Source: Acetobacteraceae bacterium (GTDB lineage Bacteria > Pseudomonadota > Alphaproteobacteria > Acetobacterales > Acetobacteraceae). Taken from it: a stretch of DNA of 64,000 nucleotides. Position numbers and translations under genes: made by a program. Below, one piece after another: positions 18,777-28,618 of the stretch. Each line of letters starts with the position of its first letter. The first letter of the stretch is position 1. A model generated the notes under the pieces. That model made no database searches and was not told where the DNA came from. It was given only the letters and a program-made list of their open reading frames with translations. The stretch is from the NCBI GenBank assembly GCA_965198895.1, contig OZ240676.1, positions 474,400 to 538,399 on the forward strand. The letters are read 5' to 3'.

Positions 18777-19811
18777 TTAATCCTCGTCATCCGGCATCAG
18801 CCGGGCAAACCGGGCCCGGTGCGCCGCCGCCGAGCCGTACTGGTTGCTCAGCACCATCGCGCGCCGCAGGTACAGCCCGACGTCATACTCGTCCGTGTAG
18901 CCCACACCGCCATGCAGCTGCACTGCCTGGCGTGTGACAAGCATGCCCGCCGTCGCGGCCCGGGCCTTCGCACGGGACACGGCAGCCTGCCGCACCGGCA
19001 GCGACGCGCCGGCATCGAGGGTGGCTGCCGCAGCCGCAACGCTGGCGCGGGTGAGCTCCAGCTGCAGCTTCAGGTCGGCCGCCTTGTGCTGCAGGGCCTG
19101 GAAGCTGCCGATCGGCTTGCCGAATTGCTGGCGGGTGCGGAGGAAGTCGAGCGTGAGGGTGAACGCCTGCTCCATCGCGCCGAGCAGCATCGCGGCGGTG
19201 CCAAGGGTCGCGTCTTCCAGCGCATCCACCGGCGCGCCCGCCACGGCCGTGCCGGGCGCGCCATCGAACCCGACGGTGGCGACCTGGCCGCCATCCTGCA
19301 GCCGGGCGACGTCCAGCGTCACGCCCGGGGCGTCCCGATCGACCAAGGCGAGCCCCGACTGCGTGGTGACGAGGAACGCGCTGGCCCCCACAGGTGCTGG
19401 CACGAACAGCTTGCGGCCGGTCACGCGGCCGGCTTCGAACACCGTCTCGGGCGGGGCGCTCAGCGCGTCGGGGCGTTCCTGCCAGGCGAGCGGTACGAAA
19501 ATCTCGCCCGTCAGCACCGCCGGCTCGGGGCGCAGTCGGGCGGACAGCGCGGCTGCGATCAGGGGCTCCGGGGCGAGCGCCGCGCCCAACTCCTCGGCCA
19601 CGACGCAGAACTCGGCCATGCCCATCCCGGCGCCACCGGCGGCCTCCGGGACACGCAGGCCGATCCAGCCCATCTCGCCCATCTCGCGCAGCACCGCCGG
19701 GTCGTAGCCGAGCTCGCTGGTCCGCAGGGCCCGCACGCGGCGGACGTCGCTCCTCGGGGCAATGGCGGCGGCGCTGTCGCGGATCAGCCGCAGGTCTTCG
19801 GGGTCAGCCAT
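18777..19811 (-). CDS. Acyl-CoA dehydrogenase family protein (short, subunit-type)
   Basis: RQQFGKPIGSFQALQH, QLHGGVGYTDEY. Confidence 0.9.
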   Translation of the reverse strand: MADPEDLRLIRDSAAAIAPRSDVRRVRALRTSELGYDPAVLREMGEMGWIGLRVPEAAGGAGMGMAEFCVVAEELGAALAPEPLIAAALSARLRPEPAVLTGEIFVPLAWQERPDALSAPPETVFEAGRVTGRKLFVPAPVGASAFLVTTQSGLALVDRDAPGVTLDVARLQDGGQVATVGFDGAPGTAVAGAPVDALEDATLGTAAMLLGAMEQAFTLTLDFLRTRQQFGKPIGSFQALQHKAADLKLQLELTRASVAAAAATLDAGASLPVRQAAVSRAKARAATAGMLVTRQAVQLHGGVGYTDEYDVGLYLRRAMVLSNQYGSAAAHRARFARLMPDDED

Positions 19812-21894
19812 CGATCTCCACCACTGCATCCACCGCAAACGCGCCGTCCGGCATCGCCAACACCGGGTTCAGGTCGACCGCCCGCAGGGCCGGCCCGGCG
19901 GCATGGGCAAAGACGGACAGGCGCGACAGCATCTGGGCCAGCGCCCCGATATCGGCCGCCGGCTGGCCCCGAATGCCGCGCAGCAGCGGGGCACCGCGTA
20001 AACCAACAATCATCGCCTCCGCCACGTCGGGACCGAACGGGCAGCGGCGTAGTGCCACGTCGCGCAGCACTTCGACGAAGATGCCACCCAGCCCCACCAT
20101 CGCGACGGGGCCGAACACCGGGTCCTGGTGGATGCCGAGGATGCACTCGACACCGCCTTGCAACTGCTTGGCGACCAGCACGCCCAGGATCCGCGCATCC
20201 GGCGCTCGTTCGGCGGCGCGGGACAGCAGGGTGGCAAAGCCGTCCCGCACAGCCGCCGGGCCGGTCACATCCAGCAGCACGCCGCCGATGTCCGATTTGT
20301 GGACGATGTCGGGCGACAGGATCTTCAGCACCACCGGATAACCGATTGCCTCGGCGGCTTGCACCGCCGCCTCGGCGTCCGCGCAGGCGCGTTCCGGCGC
20401 GCTGACGATCCCGGCCTCGGCCAACAGCCGCTTGGCCCCCGCTTCGTCCGGCGACTGGGCCGGCAGCGCAACTGGACCGGTAGGGGCCGGGCGCGCTCCC
20501 GGACCGCGGGCGAAAGCGTCGCCCAGCCTGCCCATGGCACTGATCGCGTTCACCGCGCGTGTCGGGTCCTCGAACACGCTCCAGCCATCCGCCTCGTAGC
20601 CGTCCACCAGCGCGGGCGACGCCAGCACCGACAGCACGTACAGCCGGTCTGGGTGGCGCTGCTGCACGCCCTTCAGCTCGGCCCGCAACTTGGGCGCGAT
20701 GGAGGCCGCGCCGCCGGTCTGGCTGAAGAAGGCGAGCACCGAGCGATAGCCGCCTTCCTCCACCATCGCATCGGTGAAGCGGCCGACCAGCGTCAGGTCG
20801 TTCAGCGCCTGCGCCGTGCAATCCACCGGGTTGTGCGGCGCGGCGAACGGCAGCATCTCCAGCAAACGCGCCTGGCTGGCCTGCGGCATGGGCGGCATCG
20901 GCAGGCCCAAAGTCTCGGCCGCATCGCTCACCAGCACGCCGGCGCCGCCACTCACCGTGACCATGCCCAGCGTGTTGCCGACCGGGTAGATCCTTCGCGT
21001 CGCGAGTTGGGCGAAATCCAGCATCTCCTCGGTCGTGCGCGCCCGGATTGCGCCGAACTCGGCCAGCACGGCGGAGGTCACTGCATCGTCCCCGGCGATG
21101 GCGGCGGTATGGGACCGCGCGGAGGCCTCGCCCAGCCTGGAACTGCCCACCTTCATCATGATCACCGGCTTGCGGGCCGCCCGCGCCGCCTCCAACGCGG
21201 CGATGAAACCGGCGCCGCCGCGAATGCCCTCCGCGTAGACGGCGATCACGTCGGTGCCTTCGTCCTGCACCATCCAGCCGAGCACATCACCGACCGCGAC
21301 GTCGGCCTCGTTGCCGGTGGCGACGACGATCGGCGTGCCGATGCGGCGCTGCCGGGCGATGGTGAACACGTGGGTGCCATAGGCGCCGGACTGGCTGACG
21401 ATGCCGATGCGGCCCGGCGGCGGATACCCGGTTTCGAGCGAGGCGGAGAAGATGCCGTAGAACCCGATCCGGTCGTTGAACAAACCGAGGGAGTTGGGGC
21501 CGATCAGCCGCATGCCCCGGGCCCGGGCGGTCTCGACCAGGCTGGCCTGCAGCGCCGCCCCGGCCGGCCCCGTCTCCGCAAACCCGGCGGAGAACACGAT
21601 GGCCGCCTTCACCCCCCGGTCACCGAGGGCGGCGACCGTCTCCACGACCTGCGCCGCCGGAACGGCCACGATGGCGGCGTCCGGCACCTCGGGCAGGCTG
21701 GCGATGTCGGGATAGGCGGGTAGGCCCTGGATTTCGGTGCGGTTCGGGTTCACCGGCAGGATCGGCCCGGCAAATCCGCGCGCCTTCATATAGGCGATCG
21801 GCCGGCCACCGATGCGGGTCGGGTCTGCGGACGCGCCCACCACGGCCACCGACCGGGGCGCCAACAGCGGAGCCAAGGACGCGAACGCACTCAC
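19804..21894 (-). CDS. Acetate/acyl-CoA ligase (ADP-forming), fused alpha-beta
   Basis: PRSVAVVGAS, GPNSLG, SQSGA, GNEAD, SGGAG, NPVD, YPVVLKILSPDIVHKSDIGGV, DPVFGP. Confidence 0.92.
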   Translation of the reverse strand: MSAFASLAPLLAPRSVAVVGASADPTRIGGRPIAYMKARGFAGPILPVNPNRTEIQGLPAYPDIASLPEVPDAAIVAVPAAQVVETVAALGDRGVKAAIVFSAGFAETGPAGAALQASLVETARARGMRLIGPNSLGLFNDRIGFYGIFSASLETGYPPPGRIGIVSQSGAYGTHVFTIARQRRIGTPIVVATGNEADVAVGDVLGWMVQDEGTDVIAVYAEGIRGGAGFIAALEAARAARKPVIMMKVGSSRLGEASARSHTAAIAGDDAVTSAVLAEFGAIRARTTEEMLDFAQLATRRIYPVGNTLGMVTVSGGAGVLVSDAAETLGLPMPPMPQASQARLLEMLPFAAPHNPVDCTAQALNDLTLVGRFTDAMVEEGGYRSVLAFFSQTGGAASIAPKLRAELKGVQQRHPDRLYVLSVLASPALVDGYEADGWSVFEDPTRAVNAISAMGRLGDAFARGPGARPAPTGPVALPAQSPDEAGAKRLLAEAGIVSAPERACADAEAAVQAAEAIGYPVVLKILSPDIVHKSDIGGVLLDVTGPAAVRDGFATLLSRAAERAPDARILGVLVAKQLQGGVECILGIHQDPVFGPVAMVGLGGIFVEVLRDVALRRCPFGPDVAEAMIVGLRGAPLLRGIRGQPAADIGALAQMLSRLSVFAHAAGPALRAVDLNPVLAMPDGAFAVDAVVEIDG

Positions 21895-21972
21895 CCGGTC
21901 GTTCCCCCGATAGCATGGCGTGCAACCGCCTTGCCATCTGCGCTAGAACGGTTGCCCGCCGATTGCAAATGA

Positions 21973-21997
21973 CTTCTCCCTTCCCGCTGGGGAGAAG
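21973..21997. repeat. CTTCTCCC..GGGAGAAG hairpin (possible terminator or degenerate member of the CCCTCTCCC family)
   Basis: 8-bp stem just downstream of the glycosyltransferase stop. Confidence 0.4.
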
Positions 21998-22001
21998 GAA
22001 G

Positions 22002-23615
22002 CTACGGCGCGCGCAGGCCGAGGGCAGCCCGCATCAGCGCGTCGAGCCGGGCTTCCGACAACACGTCCGCGACATAGGCCAGCCCGGCGGTGCTGCAGGC
22101 CTGGTTGAAGGCCTCGTCGTTGTGGAGCCGCAGGATCATCTTGGCCAGGCCGGCCGCATCGGGCGTGACCGTGCCGAGCAGCGTCTCCGGCAAGTCCAGC
22201 CCTTCGGCCGCGATCGGAGTGCAGGCGCACGGCACGCCGGCCGCATAGCTGTCCAGCACCTTACCCTTCACCCCGGCCCCGAACGCCAGCGGCGCCACCG
22301 TCAGACGGATCTGGTCGAACAAGCCCGGCAGGCTCTCGACCCGCCCGACCGGCTGGATGCCGGGGGACGCCGCCGCCTTCAGCGAGTCCGGCATGTTGCT
22401 GCCCACCAGGCGGCACACGATGCTGTCGTCCTCGGCACGGACCAACGGCATCACCTCCTGGATCAGCCACCAGGCGGCATCCAGGTTCGGCGGATGCCCG
22501 TAGCTGCCGATGAAGGCGATGCCACGCCGCTCCGCCCAGGGCACCGCGGTCGGGCGGGGTTTGATCGACCACGGCACTACGTGGATCTTGCCGTCCGGTA
22601 ACGCCTGCTTGAGCAGCGCCGCCTCGAAACTCGAATGGGTGATCACGCTGTCCACGAAGCGGGCGGCGGAGAGTTCAGCCGCACGCACGCGCTGGCTGGC
22701 CTCGGCGAGTTCGGGCCGCTGCTCCACCTCGGCCTGCCGGGCGAGCCGGACATGGTGCAGGTCGGCCACGCTGTAGACCACGCGGGCGCGGGGCTGGTGG
22801 TGGCGGATCAGCGGCAGATAGCGGGCGTTGCCGCCGCGATGCAGATAAACCAGCGAGAAGCCGCCGCCTTCACGGCGCAACACCTCCTCGACCGAGGCCG
22901 ACCATGGAGCGCAGCAACACGCCACGCCCATGGCCTCCATCGCGGCCACGTCCGGCCCGCCCTCCATGTTCGCAGGGGCGAAGACCACGGCATAGCCCAG
23001 ACGCTGCAGCGATCGCATGTGAGAGATCACGGCCTGCGACCCGGCGTCCCGGTCGGGGTCTGGCGTGGTGTCGTCGATCACCAAGGCCCGCGGCGGGCGC
23101 TCCGGCTCGGCCGCGGCGCCCCGGCCCGACCAGCGGGACCGGAAATGGCGATGCCCGGTCCGGTCCGGCCGGTTGCTCTGCCGATCCGACCGCATCTGCA
23201 GCAGACGGTCGGCCTGTTGCGCCAGGAACGTCGCGCGCTCGGTCAGTTCCTCATCGGTTTCGGCGTCGCCGAGCATCGTCGCGAGATGATCCTGCATCTC
23301 GACGTCGAAGTTCAGCGTCGGGGGGATGATGACCGGCGAGCCGGGCATTTCGGTTTTGTCGTCCTCGCGGCTGATCCGTACCGTGTGGGTGACGGTGGGC
23401 GGCAATCCGTCCAACTTCAGCAAAAACCCGTGGCGACCGTTCCCAAGACCGGCCTGTTCCAGATCCTGGCGGTAGACGTTCGCCAGCACGCGCGAGACGA
23501 CCTCGTCGTTTACCGACACCACCAGGCTGACCGGAGAGCTGGGATCGACTTCGTCCCTCACCCAACCCTGGACACCGCGGCGATCCACCCGCTCAATATT
23601 TCCGAGCATTCCCAT
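22002..23615 (-). CDS. GT4-family glycosyltransferase with an N-terminal accessory domain
   Basis: LVIDDTTPDPDRDAGS, DLHHVRL, FIGSYGHPPNLDA, VAPLAFGAGVKGK; N-terminus GWVRD...ANVYRQDLEQAGLGNGRHGF. Confidence 0.85.
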   Translation of the reverse strand: MGMLGNIERVDRRGVQGWVRDEVDPSSPVSLVVSVNDEVVSRVLANVYRQDLEQAGLGNGRHGFLLKLDGLPPTVTHTVRISREDDKTEMPGSPVIIPPTLNFDVEMQDHLATMLGDAETDEELTERATFLAQQADRLLQMRSDRQSNRPDRTGHRHFRSRWSGRGAAAEPERPPRALVIDDTTPDPDRDAGSQAVISHMRSLQRLGYAVVFAPANMEGGPDVAAMEAMGVACCCAPWSASVEEVLRREGGGFSLVYLHRGGNARYLPLIRHHQPRARVVYSVADLHHVRLARQAEVEQRPELAEASQRVRAAELSAARFVDSVITHSSFEAALLKQALPDGKIHVVPWSIKPRPTAVPWAERRGIAFIGSYGHPPNLDAAWWLIQEVMPLVRAEDDSIVCRLVGSNMPDSLKAAASPGIQPVGRVESLPGLFDQIRLTVAPLAFGAGVKGKVLDSYAAGVPCACTPIAAEGLDLPETLLGTVTPDAAGLAKMILRLHNDEAFNQACSTAGLAYVADVLSEARLDALMRAALGLRAP

Positions 23616-23750
23616 TATGTAACGTTTTTCCGTTTCTGCGAGACTCGATTGTTAAATTGAAGCATGCCATGCGCGAGCTGACCACAACTGATCCTTAACA
23701 TCAGTCGCGCAAGCCTTCATGCTCCGGGACCACGCGCGGAGAACAACTAA

Positions 23751-23993
23751 ATGAAGGTGACCGTCGACTTCGAGTGCACGCCCGATGAGGCGCGCGCGTT
23801 TCTTGGCCTGCCGGACGTGAAGCCCATGCAGGCCGCCGTGATGGCTACGCTAGAGAAACAGGCTTTACAGTCCGCGGAGCATTTCGCTCCGGACGCCATG
23901 TTGAAGCTGTGGTTCAACACACTGCCGCAAATGTCATCCCAGATGCAGGAGATGTTCGCCCGCATGGTGACAGGTGGAGGCACCCGAAGCTAG
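23751..23993 (+). CDS. Small conserved protein (DUF6489-like)
   Basis: MKVTVDFECTPDEARAFLGLPDVKPMQ signature; GGAG SD. Confidence 0.85.
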   Translation: MKVTVDFECTPDEARAFLGLPDVKPMQAAVMATLEKQALQSAEHFAPDAMLKLWFNTLPQMSSQMQEMFARMVTGGGTRS

Positions 23994-24053
23994 GAGCGTG
24001 CCCAAGACGCCAGCGGCAATCGGCGGACTCCGCCATTCCAGGAAATCGCCGTT

Positions 24054-24830
24054 CTAGTCGGCATAGTTCGGTTCCTTGCGGTTCAGCATCCGCTTGAGCG
24101 CGGCAAAGTGATACTCGGCGTCGGTCATCACCATGTTGGGATTGCCGATCATCGCCTGCTCCTTGGTCTTGGCGATGACCGCGTCGCTCACGACCTTGCG
24201 GCGTAGCCCCGTCCACATCGAGAACAGCTGGGTGCGGCAGGCCCGCTCCAGGAAATACAGGCGGTGATAGGCTTGGGCGACGGTCTTGCCGGCGACCACC
24301 ACGCCGTGATTGGCCAGCATCAAGACCGGCTTGTCGCCCATCACGGCGGCCATCCGCTCGCCCTCGGCCGTGTCCGACGCGAAGCCGTTGTAGTCGTAGT
24401 CGTAGGCGATCTTGTCGTGGAAGTACAGCGCCGGCTGGCCCGTCATCTCCAGTTGCATGTTTTCCAACTGGGTCAGCGCGGTGGCGTACGGCATGTGGGT
24501 GTGCAGCACGCACTCGGCGCCCGGCACCAGGCGATGGATCGGCCCATGGATGCAGACCGCCGACCGGTCCGCGAACCCCTCGCCGGCCGCTACCTCGCCA
24601 TCTTCGGTAACTTCGAGCAGGTTGCTGGCGGTCACTTCGGACCAGTGCAGCCCCCAGGCGTTCAGGTAGAACCGGCCCGTGCGGCCCGGCACCATCAGGG
24701 TGAAATGGTTGTCGATGCCCTCATGGAAGTCCTGATGGACCGCGATCCGGTGCGCCGCCGCGAGGTCGATGCGGGCATCGTGGCGCGCCTCCTTCTCGTT
24801 CCAGGCAGACCGGTCGACGAAACTGTCCAT
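24054..24830 (-). CDS. Class II aldolase/adducin family protein
   Basis: EGIDNHFT, IHGPIH, VLHTHMPYATAL, LANHGV. Confidence 0.9.
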   Translation of the reverse strand: MDSFVDRSAWNEKEARHDARIDLAAAHRIAVHQDFHEGIDNHFTLMVPGRTGRFYLNAWGLHWSEVTASNLLEVTEDGEVAAGEGFADRSAVCIHGPIHRLVPGAECVLHTHMPYATALTQLENMQLEMTGQPALYFHDKIAYDYDYNGFASDTAEGERMAAVMGDKPVLMLANHGVVVAGKTVAQAYHRLYFLERACRTQLFSMWTGLRRKVVSDAVIAKTKEQAMIGNPNMVMTDAEYHFAALKRMLNRKEPNYAD

Positions 24831-24990
24831 GGTGGGGCTCCTTGCTCGAGCGCGATGGGCGGTCTCCCGCGGCTCTGTAGACCCAAGCCTAGGCGACGGC
24901 TTGGCAAGCATCAACCATGCCGTGACGACGATCTGGTAAGCGGCTGGCCCGGCGTGTAAGCCTGTGTCTTGAGATCGACGGAGCGCAGCA

Positions 24991-25281
24991 ATGGCCGAAA
25001 TGCTCGCAAGCTTCCCCAAGGCCGGCAGTGACGACTCGCTTTGGGCCGTGATCGCCTGGATGGGCACGCAGCGCCGCATCGCCGAGGTCTACCCATCCCG
25101 CGCCCGCGCCCTCGCCGACCGCGACTGGCGGGAGCAGGAGGTCAAAGCCTATGTCCACCTCCTGCGCGGCAACGACCAACCGGTACCGCGCTACCTGGTG
25201 CAGCCGGTCCGCCGCTCCGACCTCCCCCGCCGCTGGCGCCCGCTGCCCGCCCTCGGCTTCCTCCGCGGCCAATGGATCTAG
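24991..25281 (+). CDS. Hypothetical protein, 96 aa
   Basis: Clean ORF with host-like codons and GGAG SD; no recognised motif. Confidence 0.65.
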   Translation: MAEMLASFPKAGSDDSLWAVIAWMGTQRRIAEVYPSRARALADRDWREQEVKAYVHLLRGNDQPVPRYLVQPVRRSDLPRRWRPLPALGFLRGQWI

Positions 25282-25284
25282 AAT

Positions 25285-25600
25285 GATCGATCCCGTAGGG
25301 AACCGGCCGGCCCAGATCCTTGATCAGGAAGTCATGCACACGGACCTCCTCGGGATCGCCGTGCGGGCGCCACTCCCCTCCGGCGTTCTTGAAGTCGCCC
25401 ACGAGCTTCTTCTTGGTGTCCGCCGGAATCACCGGTTGCTGCCCGGCCAGCGCACGGCTTGCGCAGGGTTCGACGTCTCGATCGGATTGCCGTTGGGCCT
25501 TGGGCAGATCGTTCGATTCCGGGGATGGCGTGCCTCGATGACTCCGCAGCCGGGCTCGCGGCTCAGCGTTGTCGGGTAGGACACGCTCGGGCTGCACCAG
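25285..25600 (-). pseudogene. ISAzo13-family transposase fragment
   Basis: QPVIPADTKKKLVGDFKNAGGEWRP.GDPEEVRVHDF..KDLG..VPYG resembles ISAzo13 VISVDTKKKELVGDFKN.G.EW...VHDF; truncated and degenerate upstream. Confidence 0.8.
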
Positions 25601-25784
25601 AGAGCAGGCCGTGTCTCACCCCAATGTTGCGACGGCAAGGCCGTAACCTCGGGAGCTTAATGCCTGAGGGCTACAGCCCATCGAAGGCCTCAGCCTGGCT
25701 CAAGAAGCTGTCGGCCTTTCCCGCGAGCGCTACGGTCGAAGATGTCTGTGCTGGCGCGATCTGCGCGAACTCCGTCACGCGGTC

Positions 25785-26057
25785 TCACTGCTGTCGCGCA
25801 GATGCCTCCACCCGAAACTGCGATCGAAGTTCGCGACGTGCCATCACCGGCGGCGTCCCGTATGACGCAGAATAGCCGTATCTAGATCGGCGCCACCTAC
25901 GGGCATCCGGCACGCCGGGTTGGATCAGGCTCAATAGCGAGAGGTTCTCGAACGGACCGTTCGTTGCCGCGAACGCCGCGGCCGCCATCAACCAGGCCCG
26001 CCCGGGTTCGAGCGGCAACAAGAAGACGCCAACCCCGAAGACGTAGCCGATGGCCAC
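25785..26057 (-). pseudogene. Probable MFS-transporter C-terminal fragment
   Basis: Hydrophobic YVFGVGVFLL...WLMAAAAFAATNGPFENLSLL stretch, then loss of a sensible frame; no N-terminus. Confidence 0.4.
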
Positions 26058-26069
26058 CGGCGCGTCGGA

Positions 26070-27095
26070 TTAGCCGCCGTTATCCGCCGGGTGGTAGTGC
26101 AGCGTCACCACGACATCCGCCGGCTGCGCGAGCGTGCCCGGCGGGAACGGCGGAAGATGAGCATTTCGAAACACCGCTAACGCCGCCGCGTCGAGCACAC
26201 TCGACCCCGAGCCTTGCACCACTTCGATCGACGTGACCTGACCGTCCGCGGCAATGACGATGCGGACTTTAACGTTGCCTCCCTCATTGGTCTGCGACGC
26301 CTCCTTCGGATAGAAGGACCTCTGGTCCCACCACTGCTTCAGCTTCCCCATCCAGGCGGCACCGTTGTTCGCAGCGCTCGCGCGGTTCGCGGCCTCCTGC
26401 CCGTTTGTCGCCGGTTCAGCCGCCCCCTCCGGGTTGACCGGAGCGCGGCCGGCCGCAGACCGCGTGGCCACGCGGCGCGGCGCCGCTGGCGGGCGTGCCT
26501 GCGGGACCCGCGCGGCTGGCAGCGGGTGCGCTTGAGCCACCGGCGGCGGGGGCGGCGGCGGCGGTACAGGCACCATTGGGGGCGGTGGCGGCACAGGCAC
26601 CGGTGGTGGTGGCGGCGTTGGTGACGGCATCTCAGCTTCCTGATCCGGTGTGGACGGCGATGGCACAGGCTCCGGCGGCTGCACAGGCACTGGCACTGGC
26701 GGCGGCGGTATCTCCACTTGCTGAACGGGCGGGGGTGGTGGCGGCACGGGGAGCGGCGGGGGCTGTACCGGCACCGGCATCGGAGGCGGCATAGGCACTG
26801 GCGGGAGCGCCGGTGTTGCTGGCGGTGTCTCGGCCTGTTGAACCGGTGGGGTGGGAGCAATCGGCGCGGTGGTTGCTTCCGTAGGGGCGGACGGCTCCGG
26901 CGACGCTGCCGGCCCTGGCTCCGCAACAACGTCCACCGAGAACGGCTCCGAGGCACTTGCTGTTGGCTGCGGCGGCGGAAGCATCAGCAAGCAAAGGAAG
27001 AACGTCAGGTGCAGCGCCAGAGAGAGCAAAACCAGCCAGCCCAGCGTTCTGGGCCGGCACACGCGCGCGGCCAAACGTTGGTCGTTGCCTAGCAT
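26070..27095 (-). CDS. tonB: TonB-family energy transducer
   Basis: N-terminal TM with SLALH (SxxxH), long Pro-rich linker, C-terminal WW..YPKEAS..EGGNVKVRIVI..DG..SGSSVLDAAAL domain. Confidence 0.88.
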   Translation of the reverse strand: MLGNDQRLAARVCRPRTLGWLVLLSLALHLTFFLCLLMLPPPQPTASASEPFSVDVVAEPGPAASPEPSAPTEATTAPIAPTPPVQQAETPPATPALPPVPMPPPMPVPVQPPPLPVPPPPPPVQQVEIPPPPVPVPVQPPEPVPSPSTPDQEAEMPSPTPPPPPVPVPPPPPMVPVPPPPPPPPVAQAHPLPAARVPQARPPAAPRRVATRSAAGRAPVNPEGAAEPATNGQEAANRASAANNGAAWMGKLKQWWDQRSFYPKEASQTNEGGNVKVRIVIAADGQVTSIEVVQGSGSSVLDAAALAVFRNAHLPPFPPGTLAQPADVVVTLHYHPADNGG

Positions 27096-27166
27096 CGATC
27101 GAAGCGGACTGCGCGGCGTTTCACCATAGGATGCATCAACTCGAAACGATGTTGAATCGAGACATC

Positions 27167-27688
27167 TCAGCGCCGGCGCGGCACTTGCGTCGTAGGCAGC
27201 GGGACCGGAACGGGCCGAACCGTCGGCGCGGCGGTTCCGGTCGTGTTGCTGCCGGGGGCCCCGTCCGTCTGCTCCACCAGCAGGGCCACCTTGTTGAAGC
27301 CGCCTTGCTTGATGGTGCCCATCACCTCGATCATGCGGCCGTACGGCACGGTCTTGTCGCCGCGCACGAAGATGCGGCGGTCGGGGTCGTTCTGCGACTG
27401 CGCCTGCAGCTTGGCCACCAGGTCGCCGAGGTCCATCCCGTCATTGCCGAGATACATCTTGCTGTCGGACGCGACGCTGACGGTGATCGGGTCCTTGTCC
27501 GGCGTGATCGGCGATGCGCTGGCCTTGGGCAGGTCCACGTTCACGCTGGAGGTCATCAGCGGCGCCGTGATCATGAAAATCACCAGCAGCACCAGCATCA
27601 CGTCCACCATGGGAGTGACGTTGATCTCGGCCAGCGGGCGATACCGCCGGCCGCGCCCGTTGCCGTTATTTCCGATCTGTATCGCCAT
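27167..27688 (-). CDS. tolR: TolR/ExbD family protein
   Basis: AEINVTPMVDVMLVLL..FMITAP, VRGDKTVPYG...VMG. Confidence 0.92.
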   Translation of the reverse strand: MAIQIGNNGNGRGRRYRPLAEINVTPMVDVMLVLLVIFMITAPLMTSSVNVDLPKASASPITPDKDPITVSVASDSKMYLGNDGMDLGDLVAKLQAQSQNDPDRRIFVRGDKTVPYGRMIEVMGTIKQGGFNKVALLVEQTDGAPGSNTTGTAAPTVRPVPVPLPTTQVPRRR

Positions 27689-27692
27689 AACG

Positions 27693-28421
27693 TTAAACCC
27701 GTTCCTCGGACTGGCGGGACAGGATGGCACCGAACTCCGTGCCAAAGCCATTCAGCCGGTCGGCGAAACGCTGCAGGTTGGTGCTGATGGCGTTGTAGGC
27801 GAGCACCGCGGGAATGGCCGCGACCAGGCCGATCGCGGTGGCGAACAATGCCTCGGCGATGCCCGGCGCCACCACGGCCAGGCTGGTGTTCTTGCTGGCG
27901 GCGATGCCGGCGAACGAGTGCATGATGCCCCAGACCGTGCCGAACAGCCCGATGAACGGCGCGGTGGAGCCGACCGAGGCCAGGAAGATCATCCAGCGTT
28001 CCATCCGCTCCATCTCGCGGCTGACGGTAACGGTCATCGCGCGGTCCACCCGGTTCTGCACGCCGCCGCGGCTCATGTCCGCGCCGGCGATACGGGCGGA
28101 GCGCCGCCATTCCCCCATCGCCGCGCCAAACACGGCCGCGAACGGGTGGACAGGCTTGGCGCCCTCCTGGTCATACAGCTCGTCCAGGCTGCCGCCGGAC
28201 CAGAACCGGTCCTCGAACGCATTGGCCTGGCGGTTGGCGCGGCGCAGGGCGGCGATCTTCTCGAAGATGATCGCCCACACCCAGACGCTGGCCAGCAGCA
28301 GCAGCACCATGACGATCTTCACGACGATGTCCGCCTGGAGGAACAGCGTCAGGATCGACAGGTCCGCGCCAGGCGGGGCTGCGCCAGCGGCCAGGTTCGT
28401 CGCATTAACCGTTTGATCCAC
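27693..28421 (-). CDS. tolQ: TolQ/ExbB (MotA family) proton channel
   Basis: FLQADIVVKIVM, LASVGSTAPFIGLFGTVWGIM, APGIAEALFATAIGL. Confidence 0.93.
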   Translation of the reverse strand: MDQTVNATNLAAGAAPPGADLSILTLFLQADIVVKIVMVLLLLASVWVWAIIFEKIAALRRANRQANAFEDRFWSGGSLDELYDQEGAKPVHPFAAVFGAAMGEWRRSARIAGADMSRGGVQNRVDRAMTVTVSREMERMERWMIFLASVGSTAPFIGLFGTVWGIMHSFAGIAASKNTSLAVVAPGIAEALFATAIGLVAAIPAVLAYNAISTNLQRFADRLNGFGTEFGAILSRQSEERV

Positions 28422-28618
28422 GCCTAACCTCCTCGAACGCGGCGTGCCACGATGCTTCTGCCGTCGGGTGTCGCACCCCTCAGGGCCGACGCAGGGGACG
28501 TGCCACGTAGCAGGTCAACCGCGCGCGCCAGAACCGCGCCGAACCCCTCGCGCACGACTTGCCTTCCGAGCCAATGATCCCGAGTTCTCCCTCCCCATCG
28601 ACCGTCCGGATCGTGCGG

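Noticed and set aside
17640-21723. Very long plus-strand ORFs (17640-20405, 20128-21723)
   Set aside because: Antisense shadows of well-supported minus-strand genes in a high-GC genome; no motifs of their own. The same applies to 32422-33693 (lepA), 53382-54563 and 63101-63727 (secA)
23613-23624. CATTATGTAACG identical to the right part of the blaI operator
   Set aside because: The left TACA half-site is missing (TCCCA) and it overlaps a start codon; probably chance
24800-26100. attL-type duplication of the tRNA-Ser 3' end or an intact integrase marking the island boundary
   Set aside because: No copy of the tRNA 3' sequence was seen by eye and there is no integrase ORF; the left boundary remains approximate
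26340-26900. Pro-rich tandem repeats as a separate repeat element
   Set aside because: They encode the normal periplasm-spanning linker of TonB
27167-28421. Housekeeping Tol-Pal operon
   Set aside because: No ybgC, tolB or pal adjacent, and the third gene has a TonB-type YP C-terminal domain
28506-28512. CGTAGCA operator half-site upstream of tolQ
   Set aside because: No matching left half at the correct spacing, so it cannot be supported as a BlaI site
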